Assembly: GCA_964449155.1 (NCBI GenBank)
Contig: CAYVBP010000003.1
Location: 1 to 49,367, forward strand
From: an uncultured Rhodospirillaceae bacterium
GTDB taxonomy: Bacteria > Pseudomonadota > Alphaproteobacteria > UBA9219
DNA length: 49,367 nucleotides
Direction of reading: 5' to 3'
In this document: positions 8,823-17,244 of the stretch, one piece after another
Layout of the letters: every line of letters starts with the position of its first letter
Position numbering within the stretch: the stretch's first letter is position 1
Made by a program: the position numbers and the translations under genes
Notes under the pieces: model-generated
Told to the model about the DNA's origin: nothing
Databases searched by the model: none
What the model saw: only the letters and a program-made list of their open reading frames with translations

Positions 8823-10073
8823 TCAGGATGCTCGCAGCGCGTTTTGCCATACGGGCAGGAAGTCCTCTTGTAAAACGTCGTCCCAGCTTGCGACGCTTTG
8901 GGTTGCAAAACGCGCGGCAGCCTCGCGCATCGTCGCTTGCCGGGGTTTGTCTTGGGCCAGCGCCGTCAGGGCTTGCGTCCATGACGGGACGAGGCTGTCA
9001 ATTTCTTCTACCGCAGGCGATCTTCCGTATAAAGAGGCGACTCCGCTCGCTTTCGACGCTAGGACGGGACAGCTGCAAGAGAGAGCTTCGACACCGACAA
9101 GTCCGCCGATTTCGATATCCGAGGCCATACACAAGCAATCGGCGGCTGCGTAAAAGTGCGCCAACTTTTCGGCGGGGACTTGCCCGGCCAGCGTCGCGTT
9201 GTCGCCTAAGGCGGCTTTGATTTGCCCGGACAGAGGGCCGAGGCCCGTTACGGCAAGGTGTATGGTCGCGCCGCGACGGATGGCCTCGACACAAGCGTTT
9301 AGCAAAAGAGGCATGTTTTTTCCGGCGTCGACGCGGCCTACAAATAGGGCGAGAAATTTCTCGGGCGCGATAGCATAGGCGCGTTCGATTTCAGCGCGGG
9401 CTTCTGGGCGCGGTTTGAACAGGGTTTTATCGACGCCCAAGCGCATGCGCGAGACTTTGCCGGAGGGGATATGGGCTTTGGCCAGAGACATATCTTCGGC
9501 TCGAAGGGCAAGGGCCGCCGCGCAGGCGTTTAAGTGCTTTTTCAGGCGGGCTTCCTTGGCAAGGCGTTGCGCGGCGGAAAATTTAAGCGTTCTATCGACG
9601 CGGTCGCCTAGTTTTGTTCCTAAAAGAGAGCGCAAGGTTTCATGCGTAAACACTTCGGCATAGGCAGGCGTGTCGGTGTGGAAGGATGTCGTTAGCGGTA
9701 TGTTTTTTTGTTTCGCGATTCGCTCCGCCGTTTGCGCGAAGGCGAAAAAGCCGTCGGTCGAATGAATGACGTTATAGGACCCGAGTTCTTGCGCCAATTT
9801 GGGATGATGCGTCGCAAGATCGGTGTGCGCTGGCACATAAGGCAAGAATTTCAGCCGCGCGGAGCTGAAAACGGGCGGAAGCTCGCGCAGGCGGACACGC
9901 GGCGATAAAATTTCTTCCGCACTCGTTCCGGAAAAATATACCGTAAGATCGATGGGCGCTCCGGTTGAGGCGCAGGCGCGGGCCATGCGTTCCCAGTATT
10001 TGACGTGGCCTCCTGCCGCTTCGCCGCGCGGAAGATCGACAAGGACGGCGACGCGGGGAAAGGTGGCCATCAT
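8823..10073 (-). CDS. Glycosyltransferase family 4 (GT-B, group 1)
   Basis: The C-terminal half has the GT4 pattern (FVGRVDAGKN ... GGLVGVEALSCSCPVLASKASG). I chose the start MMATFPRVAVLV at 10073, which forms an ATGA overlap with the pmbA stop. The longer track ORF would overlap pmbA by 165 nt. Confidence 0.8.
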   Translation of the reverse strand: MMATFPRVAVLVDLPRGEAAGGHVKYWERMARACASTGAPIDLTVYFSGTSAEEILSPRVRLRELPPVFSSARLKFLPYVPAHTDLATHHPKLAQELGSYNVIHSTDGFFAFAQTAERIAKQKNIPLTTSFHTDTPAYAEVFTHETLRSLLGTKLGDRVDRTLKFSAAQRLAKEARLKKHLNACAAALALRAEDMSLAKAHIPSGKVSRMRLGVDKTLFKPRPEARAEIERAYAIAPEKFLALFVGRVDAGKNMPLLLNACVEAIRRGATIHLAVTGLGPLSGQIKAALGDNATLAGQVPAEKLAHFYAAADCLCMASDIEIGGLVGVEALSCSCPVLASKASGVASLYGRSPAVEEIDSLVPSWTQALTALAQDKPRQATMREAAARFATQSVASWDDVLQEDFLPVWQNALRAS

Positions 10074-11407
10074 ATCCCCGCGACTGTCATGCCGTCGACG
10101 CGAAGCGTCGGCGCGTCGATGCCGTGCCTGAACTCTAAATCGTTGGCCGCCGCGAGGTTCAGGAACATGTCTTTCAAATTTCCGGCAATCGTCATTTCGC
10201 TGACAGGAAAGGCTTTTTGACCTTGTTCGATCCAAAATCCGGCTGCCGCTTGGCTGTAATCTCCCGTCACGCCGTTGATGCCCATGCCCATGGTTTCGGT
10301 GACGTAAAAGCCTCGGGCGACATCGCGCATCAGCGCTTCGGGCGAGAGATCTCCGGGTTCCATATAGACGTTGGAGGGCGACGGAGACGGAGGGCCTCCC
10401 GCGCCGCGCGCGGCGTGGCCGGTGCTGCGCAGGCCCAGTTGCCTTGCCGAGCGAAGATCAAGCAGCCAAGTCGTCAGGATGCCCTGATCGATGAGATTGC
10501 GCCGTTGAGTCGGAATGCCTTCGGCGTCGAAGGCGCGGGAGCGCAGGCCGCGAGGGCGGTGCGGATCGTCAACGATCGTGACGGTGGCCGGAAAAACGGG
10601 TTCTTCGAGCAAGTCTTTTAGAAAACTGGTGCCGCGCGCGACAGAAGTTCCGGAAATTGCGCTTAGCATTGCTCCGATCAGGCTGCTTGCAATGCGCGAA
10701 TCAAAAAATACGGGAACGCGCGAACTCGGCATTTTGCGCGGATTCAGTTTTTCCGCCGCGCGTTCGCCTGCGCGCTTTCCAATCCAATCCGGCGACGGCA
10801 GGTCTGCGGCAAATACGCGCGACGCGGCTTCGTAGTCGCGCTGCATGCCTGTCCCTTCTCCGGCGAGAACCGTGGCGCTGAGGCTGTATCCTGTGCGACG
10901 TTTCAGGCCGAAAAAGCCATTGCTGGCAGCGATGGCGGCGCGGCTTTTTCCCCATCCTGCCGCCGCGCCGTCGGAGTTTGTGACGCCTTTAACGGCGCGG
11001 GCGGCGTCTTCGGCTTCGCGGGCAAGCGCGATCAGGCGCTCGGCGGAGAATTCGGTTTCGTCGAAGGTTTCAAGAGTTGGATAAGTTCGGGCGATATCGG
11101 TCGGGTCAGCAATGCCGCAAAAAGGGTCTTCGGGCGCAAGCTTTGCCATGGCGACGGCGCGTTCGGCAAGCTCGCGTAGCGTTTTTGGACTGCGATCAGA
11201 TGAAGAAACGATGGCTTGCTTTTTTCCGACGAAGACGCGCAGGCCGATATCGGCGGATTCCGCGCGTTCGAGATTTTCCACGGCGCCGAGCCTGAGCGAG
11301 ACGGAAAGGTCGGTCGCTTCGGCCATGATCGCGTCGGCAGAGTCCGCTCCTGCTTTGCAGGCGAGCGAGAGGAGATCGTTAAGGAGTTCTTGCACTTGAA
11401 CCGTCAT
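10070..11407 (-). CDS. pmbA: PmbA/TldE-family metalloprotease component
   Basis: 445 aa with C-terminal GFYVTETMGMGINGVTGDYSQAAAGFWIEQGQ typical of the PmbA/TldD fold. No HExxxH motif, so PmbA rather than TldD. The start MTVQVQELL forms an ATGA overlap with the upstream gene's stop. Confidence 0.85.
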   Translation of the reverse strand: MTVQVQELLNDLLSLACKAGADSADAIMAEATDLSVSLRLGAVENLERAESADIGLRVFVGKKQAIVSSSDRSPKTLRELAERAVAMAKLAPEDPFCGIADPTDIARTYPTLETFDETEFSAERLIALAREAEDAARAVKGVTNSDGAAAGWGKSRAAIAASNGFFGLKRRTGYSLSATVLAGEGTGMQRDYEAASRVFAADLPSPDWIGKRAGERAAEKLNPRKMPSSRVPVFFDSRIASSLIGAMLSAISGTSVARGTSFLKDLLEEPVFPATVTIVDDPHRPRGLRSRAFDAEGIPTQRRNLIDQGILTTWLLDLRSARQLGLRSTGHAARGAGGPPSPSPSNVYMEPGDLSPEALMRDVARGFYVTETMGMGINGVTGDYSQAAAGFWIEQGQKAFPVSEMTIAGNLKDMFLNLAAANDLEFRHGIDAPTLRVDGMTVAGI

Positions 11408-11979
11408 TTTTCTCTTTCTTGCCATGTCCGGATGTTTCCCAGATCGACGTGGAGGTGATTGTCTCCGGGGTAATAAGCAACGCCGCCGCGCTGCATGGTT
11501 TTCGCAATTTCGCATATGGCCCTTCCATCGACCCCCGCGATGCGGAAATCGACCGCCCAGCCGTGCATGTGAAGGCTTTCCTTAGCCACGTTTCCGTTGG
11601 TGATGGCAAGACGTTTGTTTGTTTGGCGCGAACGGTAGCCGGAAAGGATTTGGATGGGAACGGTTTCCGGAAGGCCGAGCCGTTTGCGCATATCGACAAG
11701 GTAATCAATAAGTTCAGGGTCGATCTCGCCTATGGCGTCAATGTGGCGGTCGCGCATGATGCGGTTGATTTTCTTAAGCGCACGCGCGTCGTATTTGCCG
11801 TCGTGGAAAAAGACAACGTCGATCTTTTCCTTTGAGCGCGGGTGCACGAGGACGATGCGGCGGATCGGGTCCCTGTCCGGCTGCGTCTTGGACAGGCCTC
11901 GGCCCGAGACGTTGTGCGTTGAGATGCCGCCGCACGCGCTAAGGACGCAGAGAAGGATTACGGCAAGAAATTTCTTCAT
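11404..11979 (-). CDS. DUF882 / peptidase M15A-like lipoprotein (YcbK-like)
   Basis: Lipoprotein signal MKKFLAVILLCVLSAC. SGYRS ... HMHGWAVDF ... HLHVD zinc-site pattern of M15-type D-Ala-D-Ala carboxypeptidase-like proteins. ATGA overlap with the regulator's stop. Confidence 0.8.
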   Translation of the reverse strand: MKKFLAVILLCVLSACGGISTHNVSGRGLSKTQPDRDPIRRIVLVHPRSKEKIDVVFFHDGKYDARALKKINRIMRDRHIDAIGEIDPELIDYLVDMRKRLGLPETVPIQILSGYRSRQTNKRLAITNGNVAKESLHMHGWAVDFRIAGVDGRAICEIAKTMQRGGVAYYPGDNHLHVDLGNIRTWQEREK

Positions 11980-12629
11980 TCCGCGCCCATCAGGCGATAG
12001 GAACCTTGGTCGCTGATAAGCCAATTCTCGCCCTCCTTGTCGAGTTTTTTGCGTAGCTGGTAAATGTGCGTTTCGAGCGTGTGCGTGTCAATGCGTTCGC
12101 CGTATCCCCAGACCGAGGCAAGGATATCCTGCCGCGTCGCAGGGCCTTTGTTTTGCGCAAGGAAGGCCAGAAGCGCCGTTTCTTTTTCTGTCAGGCGCAT
12201 CGGCGCGTCGTCGTCGCGCGAGATGCGGCGATTGAGCGGCTCAAGACGAAACGGACCGAACGTCAGAACGTTGTCCCGGATAAGCGATGCGGTTTCGAGG
12301 TAATGCTTGAGGCGGCTCACGAGGTGGCCGAGCCTGAACGGCTTGGGAAAGCTTTCGGTCACATTGTCGGCGTCGGCGTCGTATCCGAGCCCAAGCAGGA
12401 TGGGCCGTTCGGCTTTTTCGCATAGCGCACGCGCGAGGGTTGCCGCTTTTTCCTGCGATTGCGGCTTGTCGACGACGATGATGTGTGGTGGCTCTTTATC
12501 CTTAATGCGCTCGGAGAGGTCTTCCGGTTGGGCGAGCAGGCATGCATCGCCCAGCTTGGCAGCCTTGATCTGTTCGATGACGGCCTCGCGTAGGACAGGA
12601 TCTGGAATGAGCAGGAACAAAGCGGACAT
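11976..12629 (-). CDS. OmpR/PhoB-type winged-helix regulator with an atypical receiver domain
   Basis: The C-terminal trans_reg_C pattern is LTFGPFRLEP...LTEKETALLAFLAQNKG...ILASVWGYG...THTLETHIYQLRKKL. The N-terminal receiver-like domain lacks the acidic pair (LLIPDPV). No kinase gene is nearby. Confidence 0.75.
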   Translation of the reverse strand: MSALFLLIPDPVLREAVIEQIKAAKLGDACLLAQPEDLSERIKDKEPPHIIVVDKPQSQEKAATLARALCEKAERPILLGLGYDADADNVTESFPKPFRLGHLVSRLKHYLETASLIRDNVLTFGPFRLEPLNRRISRDDDAPMRLTEKETALLAFLAQNKGPATRQDILASVWGYGERIDTHTLETHIYQLRKKLDKEGENWLISDQGSYRLMGAE

Positions 12630-12716
12630 CAAAGAGCTGAGGATTGATGAAAACTTTGTAACAATAAAGCGGAAAAGCCGATTTTGTCCAATGCGTTTTC
12701 CTGCTAGAGTATTGGG

Positions 12717-13565
12717 ATGTTATTGTCTCGTTCTTTTTTAAAGGCTGGGGTTATGGGGTGGCCGGTGGGTCACTCGCTGTCGCCGCGTCTGCACGGGTTT
12801 TGGCTCCGCGAGTATGGAATTGCGGGGGCTTACGAGGCTTTTGCCGTTAAGCCCGAGGATCTGGCCTTGTCTTTGCGCGGGTTGCAGGAAAAGGGAATCG
12901 TCGGTGTCAATTTAACTATTCCCCATAAGGTCGCGGCCTGCGTGATTGTCGACGAGCTCGATCCCGTTGCCAAGCGTATTGGCGCTGTTAATCTCGTTAC
13001 GGTCGGCGCGGACGGGCGTTTGTTGGGGCGCAATACAGACGCTTACGGATTCGCGCAGAATTTGCTGGCTTCGGGATATAAGCCCACGGGCGGGGGCGCT
13101 TTCGTTCTGGGGGCGGGCGGCGCTTGCCGCGCGGTTCTTGTGGCGCTTGAAAATATGGGGTTTTCGGATATTCGCCTTGCCAACAGGACGAAGGAAAAGG
13201 CCGAAATTTTGGCGCGGGAGCTGCAAACATCTCGGACGCGGATTTCTGTCATCGATTGGGACGGCGCGTCGGCCGCGACGGAGGGCGTCGATCTTTTAGT
13301 CAATACGACATCGTTGGGCATGGCGGGGCAGCCGCCACTGGATTTTTCGCTTGAGGGTCTGCCTCGCGACGCCGTCGTGACCGATATCGTTTATTCGCCG
13401 CTTGAGACGGATCTTTTGAGGCGGGCGAGGCAGCGCGGAAATCGCGTCGTTGACGGGTTGGGGATGCTGTTGCATCAAGCGCGGCCTGCGTTTGAGGCGT
13501 TTTTCGGGAAGGATCCCGAGGTGACGGAGCGCTTGCGCCGACACGTTTTGTCAGGGAGGGAATGA
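12717..13565 (+). CDS. aroE: Shikimate dehydrogenase
   Basis: GVMGWPVGHSLSPRLHG, NLTIPHK and VLGAGGACRAV motifs. Confidence 0.85.
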   Translation: MLLSRSFLKAGVMGWPVGHSLSPRLHGFWLREYGIAGAYEAFAVKPEDLALSLRGLQEKGIVGVNLTIPHKVAACVIVDELDPVAKRIGAVNLVTVGADGRLLGRNTDAYGFAQNLLASGYKPTGGGAFVLGAGGACRAVLVALENMGFSDIRLANRTKEKAEILARELQTSRTRISVIDWDGASAATEGVDLLVNTTSLGMAGQPPLDFSLEGLPRDAVVTDIVYSPLETDLLRRARQRGNRVVDGLGMLLHQARPAFEAFFGKDPEVTERLRRHVLSGRE

Positions 13566-14236
13566 CGATGAAGGTGATCGGCCTGACGGGCGGCATCGGC
13601 ATGGGAAAGTCGACGGTCGCGAAGATTCTTTGCGGGTTTGGGTTCCCTATATATAGCGCCGATGAAGCCGTTCGCGATGTTTTGAAAAAGGGGGGCGCAG
13701 CTGTCGAGCCTGTGGCAAAGCTGTTTCCTCAGACAAAAAAGCGCGGCGGCATCGATCGCGGTCTTTTAGCGGAAGCGGTTTTTGGAAAGCCGGAAGAACT
13801 CGAAAAACTTGAGAAAATCGTTCATCCTCTTATCGCCAAAGCTGAACGCGCTTTTTTGAAAAAGGCGCGCAAGGATAAGGCTCTCGCGGCGATTTTAGAA
13901 ATCCCGTTGCTATTTGAGACGGGAGCCGAGGCCCAATGCGACATCGTTTTGTGCGTTTCCGCGCCGCCGGGGGTCAGGAAAAGCCGCGTGATGGCGCGGT
14001 CCGGCATGACGGAGGCGCGGTTTAGGGCTATCGTCAAAAGGCAGATGCCCCATGCCGAAGCGTGCAACCGGGCTGATTATGTGATTCCGACGGGGGAAAG
14101 CGTCGCTGAGACAAAGAAATATTTGCGCGGCGCGTTCGAAAAACTCGGGCTTTTGACACTGACGCGCGATGCGCAAGCTTCCCGTCGCCGGGCGCGTGTG
14201 TGCCGAAGGGCCGGATGTCCGTGCTGTTCTTTATGA
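13562..14236 (+). CDS. coaE: Dephospho-CoA kinase
   Basis: IGLTGGIGMGKST P-loop at the N-terminus. ATGA overlap with the aroE stop. The C-terminal tail is somewhat long and overlaps the rseP 3' end by 6 nt. Confidence 0.85.
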   Translation: MTMKVIGLTGGIGMGKSTVAKILCGFGFPIYSADEAVRDVLKKGGAAVEPVAKLFPQTKKRGGIDRGLLAEAVFGKPEELEKLEKIVHPLIAKAERAFLKKARKDKALAAILEIPLLFETGAEAQCDIVLCVSAPPGVRKSRVMARSGMTEARFRAIVKRQMPHAEACNRADYVIPTGESVAETKKYLRGAFEKLGLLTLTRDAQASRRRARVCRRAGCPCCSL

Positions 14237-15367
14237 GAGCAAGGTCTTGATTTTTTCGATGACGTCGAGGTGGACAAGGTCGTTCCATGTCGCAAGCACC
14301 ATCAGCGTGACAACGAAGGTCAGGCCGAGCCGCATGCCGACTTCCTGCGTTTTGTCGCTTAGCGGACGCCCCAGAAATTTTTCGAACGCGAAAAACAGAA
14401 TATGCCCGCCATCCAAAAGGGGAATTGGGAACAGGTTAATCAGGCCAAGATTCAGCGAAATGATCGCCACAAACCAAATCAGCGATACAGCGCCGTCTTT
14501 GGCGATGTTTCCCGACATTTCCGCAATGCGCAGGGGGCCGCCGATTTCCTCGGATCCGCGTACGCCCATGACGATTTGCCCGACGGCCTTGAGGGTGTCG
14601 ACGGACATCGTCCATGCTTCGACCGTCGCTTTTTCAAGCGCTTGGAGGGGCGGCCATTTCTTGTAATCGACTTTGTCCGAGACGATGCCGATCCGGCCCA
14701 GCTTGTGCTCGCCGCCGAAACGGTCTTTTTGAACCGTTATTTCGGGTGTTACGGTTAGCGTCAGGGACGTTTCGGCGCGTGCGACGACAATAGGCACGGG
14801 GACGCCGGAGTTCATGCCGATCATCCGCTTGATGTCTTCGAATCGCGCCACGTTATGACCGTCGATGGACAGGATTTTGTCGCCTGTTTGAAAACCTGCG
14901 CGAGCGGCGACGCCGTTTTCGACAAGCGCGCCGACAACAGGCGGCGAAAACGGTTGGCCTTGGGCCATGAACAGGGCGGCAAGGACAACGATTGCAAATA
15001 TGTAATTGGCAATAGGGCCTGCGGAAACGACGGCAAGGCGTTTGTTGACGTTTTGATGATGGAAAGAAACCTTTTTTTCTTCGTCGGTCATCGTTTTGAC
15101 TTCTTCGCCCGGGCGGCTTGAGGCGTCGGCGTCGCCGTACATTTTGACGTAGCCGCCCAAGGGCAAGCAGGCGACTTGCCAGACCGTGCCGTGTTTGTCT
15201 GTCCAACCGAAAAGCTTGGGGCCGAAGCCAATGGAAAACGATTCGATTCGGATGCCGCACAGACGCGCGACCCAGTAATGGCCATATTCATGCACGAAGA
15301 CGACGGCGCTGATGACAACGACGAAGGGCAGGGCGTAGTGCTGGATAAGCGAAAACAAAGAGTCCAT
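14231..15367 (-). CDS. rseP: RIP zinc metalloprotease RseP (site-2 protease, M50)
   Basis: HEYGHYWVA HExxH motif in the first TM segment, a central PDZ region, and C-terminal NLFPIPLLDGGH. Confidence 0.9.
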   Translation of the reverse strand: MDSLFSLIQHYALPFVVVISAVVFVHEYGHYWVARLCGIRIESFSIGFGPKLFGWTDKHGTVWQVACLPLGGYVKMYGDADASSRPGEEVKTMTDEEKKVSFHHQNVNKRLAVVSAGPIANYIFAIVVLAALFMAQGQPFSPPVVGALVENGVAARAGFQTGDKILSIDGHNVARFEDIKRMIGMNSGVPVPIVVARAETSLTLTVTPEITVQKDRFGGEHKLGRIGIVSDKVDYKKWPPLQALEKATVEAWTMSVDTLKAVGQIVMGVRGSEEIGGPLRIAEMSGNIAKDGAVSLIWFVAIISLNLGLINLFPIPLLDGGHILFFAFEKFLGRPLSDKTQEVGMRLGLTFVVTLMVLATWNDLVHLDVIEKIKTLLS

Positions 15368-15574
15368 GGATATTCATCCGCATGTGAAAACGAGGCGCAT
15401 CATAATCTTTTTCGGGCGGACGAAGCAAGAAAACCCGTCAGAGGACACAGCTTTGCCATAATTAGCGAGGCTTTAACGCTGCGCACACGCAGCGTATATC
15501 TTTCTCTTGTGATTCTTTGTGCCAGTCCTTAAATTGACCAAACCTTTTGGCTCCTTTTTTCTCGTGGATTCGCT

Positions 15575-17002
15575 ATGCCCATGAATACGTTCCGGCTTCT
15601 TGCATCTTCCGCTCTTCTGGCTTTTCTTGTTGCGCCTCCGCTTTTTGCCAAGAATTCTTCGCCGGAGGCTAAGGAAGAGACGAAATCCTCAGCTGAAGAG
15701 GCCGCAGATACCTTTAAGCAATTGACTTTGTTCTCGGATGTGCTTGAACGCGTGCGCGCCGATTACGTCGATCAGGTTTCGGATGGCAAGCTGATTGAGA
15801 ACGCTTTAAACGGCATGTTGTCGGCACTCGATCCTCATTCGAGCTATATGGACAAAAAGGCCTTTCAAGAGATGCAGACCCAAACGCATGGCGAGTTTGG
15901 GGGGCTTGGCATTGAGGTCACGATGGAAAACAGCATCGTCAAGGTCGTTTCTCCTATCGACGATACGCCCGCAGCCAAGGCCGGTATCCAGCCCAACGAT
16001 CTTATCACGCATATCAACGGGAAGCCTGTAACCGACTTTACGTTAAGCGAAGCCGTCGATCGCATGCGTGGCTCGCCGGGGACCAAGATAACCCTGACCG
16101 TTCGTCGCGGCGGGCTTTCCGGCGCGCCTTTCGATGTATCGCTAACCCGTGCGGTCATCAAGGTGCGGTCGGTGAAGTGGGAACCGAAGGGCGACATTGC
16201 TTATATCCGCATCAGCGCGTTTAACGAGCAAACGCAAATCGGGCTGGATAAGGCCTTGGACGAAGCCGACAAGAAAATCGGGACGAAACTGGTCGGCTAT
16301 GTCCTTGATTTGCGCAACAATCCCGGAGGGTTGCTTGACGAAGCGATTACGGTGGCCAGCACCTTTTTAGAGGCGGGTAAGGAAGTCGTCTCGACGCGCA
16401 GCCGTCATAAGGAAGACGATCAGGCAATGAATGCAAAAGGCGGCGATCAGGCAAAAGGAAAGCCGATTGCCGTATTAATCAACAGCGGATCCGCGTCGGC
16501 GTCGGAGATTGTTGCGGGCGCTTTGCAGGATCATAAGCGCGCTATCTTGATTGGCACAAAGAGTTTCGGCAAAGGCTCCGTTCAGACCATCATCCCGCTT
16601 TCGGGCGGCGGCGCAATGCGCTTGACGACGGCGCGATATTACACGCCGTCGGGCCGGTCGATACAGGCGCTGGGCATCGAGCCGGATATTGTCGTGCAGC
16701 AGGCCAAGCTTGAGAAGGTCGCTGCAGGGCCGGGTATTCACGAATCCGATCTTAAAGGCGCGTTGCAGAACGATACGCTGAAAGACGACAAGGATAAGTC
16801 CCTCGATGCGGAGGAAGAGATTCCGCCGATGGATTCCGAAAAGTCCAAGGACAAGGACGGTAAGGAGTCCAAGAAAGACCAGCCCTTCGACTATCAGCTT
16901 GCGCGGGCGCTGGACCTTATTCGCGGCGTGCACCTGTATCAGGCGCGGGCGGCGACGCCGACGACAACAACGACATCGGCGGCTGAGGGGACGGCGAAGT
17001 GA
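15575..17002 (+). CDS. ctpA: Carboxy-terminal processing protease (S41)
   Basis: Signal peptide, PDZ region (GGLGIEV...SPIDDTPAAKAGI), GYVLDLRNNPGG, and the catalytic-region motifs NSGSASASEIVAGALQD and GTKSFGKGSVQ. Confidence 0.9.
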   Translation: MPMNTFRLLASSALLAFLVAPPLFAKNSSPEAKEETKSSAEEAADTFKQLTLFSDVLERVRADYVDQVSDGKLIENALNGMLSALDPHSSYMDKKAFQEMQTQTHGEFGGLGIEVTMENSIVKVVSPIDDTPAAKAGIQPNDLITHINGKPVTDFTLSEAVDRMRGSPGTKITLTVRRGGLSGAPFDVSLTRAVIKVRSVKWEPKGDIAYIRISAFNEQTQIGLDKALDEADKKIGTKLVGYVLDLRNNPGGLLDEAITVASTFLEAGKEVVSTRSRHKEDDQAMNAKGGDQAKGKPIAVLINSGSASASEIVAGALQDHKRAILIGTKSFGKGSVQTIIPLSGGGAMRLTTARYYTPSGRSIQALGIEPDIVVQQAKLEKVAAGPGIHESDLKGALQNDTLKDDKDKSLDAEEEIPPMDSEKSKDKDGKESKKDQPFDYQLARALDLIRGVHLYQARAATPTTTTTSAAEGTAK

Positions 17003-17100
17003 TGCCAACCGCCTTATAAAATGGCCTTCAACCCAAAAAACGGCTTTTGGTATAACTGTCATTTGGAATGACCATAGTTTAGGCCGCTCCGCTTTGCGTC

Positions 17101-17244
17101 TTATACCAATCCCGGATCAAAATGAAGCAAAGGGGACACAATAAAAATGCCCAACTGCGGTTCTCCGTTCCGCGCTGCCTTTTCCTGCATTTTTATTGTG
17201 TCCCCCGCGTCCCTTCGATTCAATCTGATCCGGGATCGGTATTA
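17101..17244. repeat. MITE-like nested-palindrome element, copy 2 (full length, 144 bp)
   Basis: Sequence runs TTATACCAATCCCGGATC...GGGGACACAATAAAAATGCC...GCATTTTTATTGTGTCCCC...GATCCGGGATCGGTATTA. It aligns end to end with the reverse complement of copy 1. Its last 3 nt are the complement of the purH stop codon. Confidence 0.85.

Noticed and set aside
10074-10235. Long N-terminal extensions of several track ORFs: GT4 to 10235, pmbA to 11515, DUF882 to 12024, PIG-L to 8908, flgI to 33761, DMT1 to 27037, GT9 to 35335.
   Set aside because: The extensions are Arg-rich or non-conserved and overlap the upstream gene. Internal ATGs give canonical N-termini, signal peptides, or ATGA/RBS-coupled junctions.
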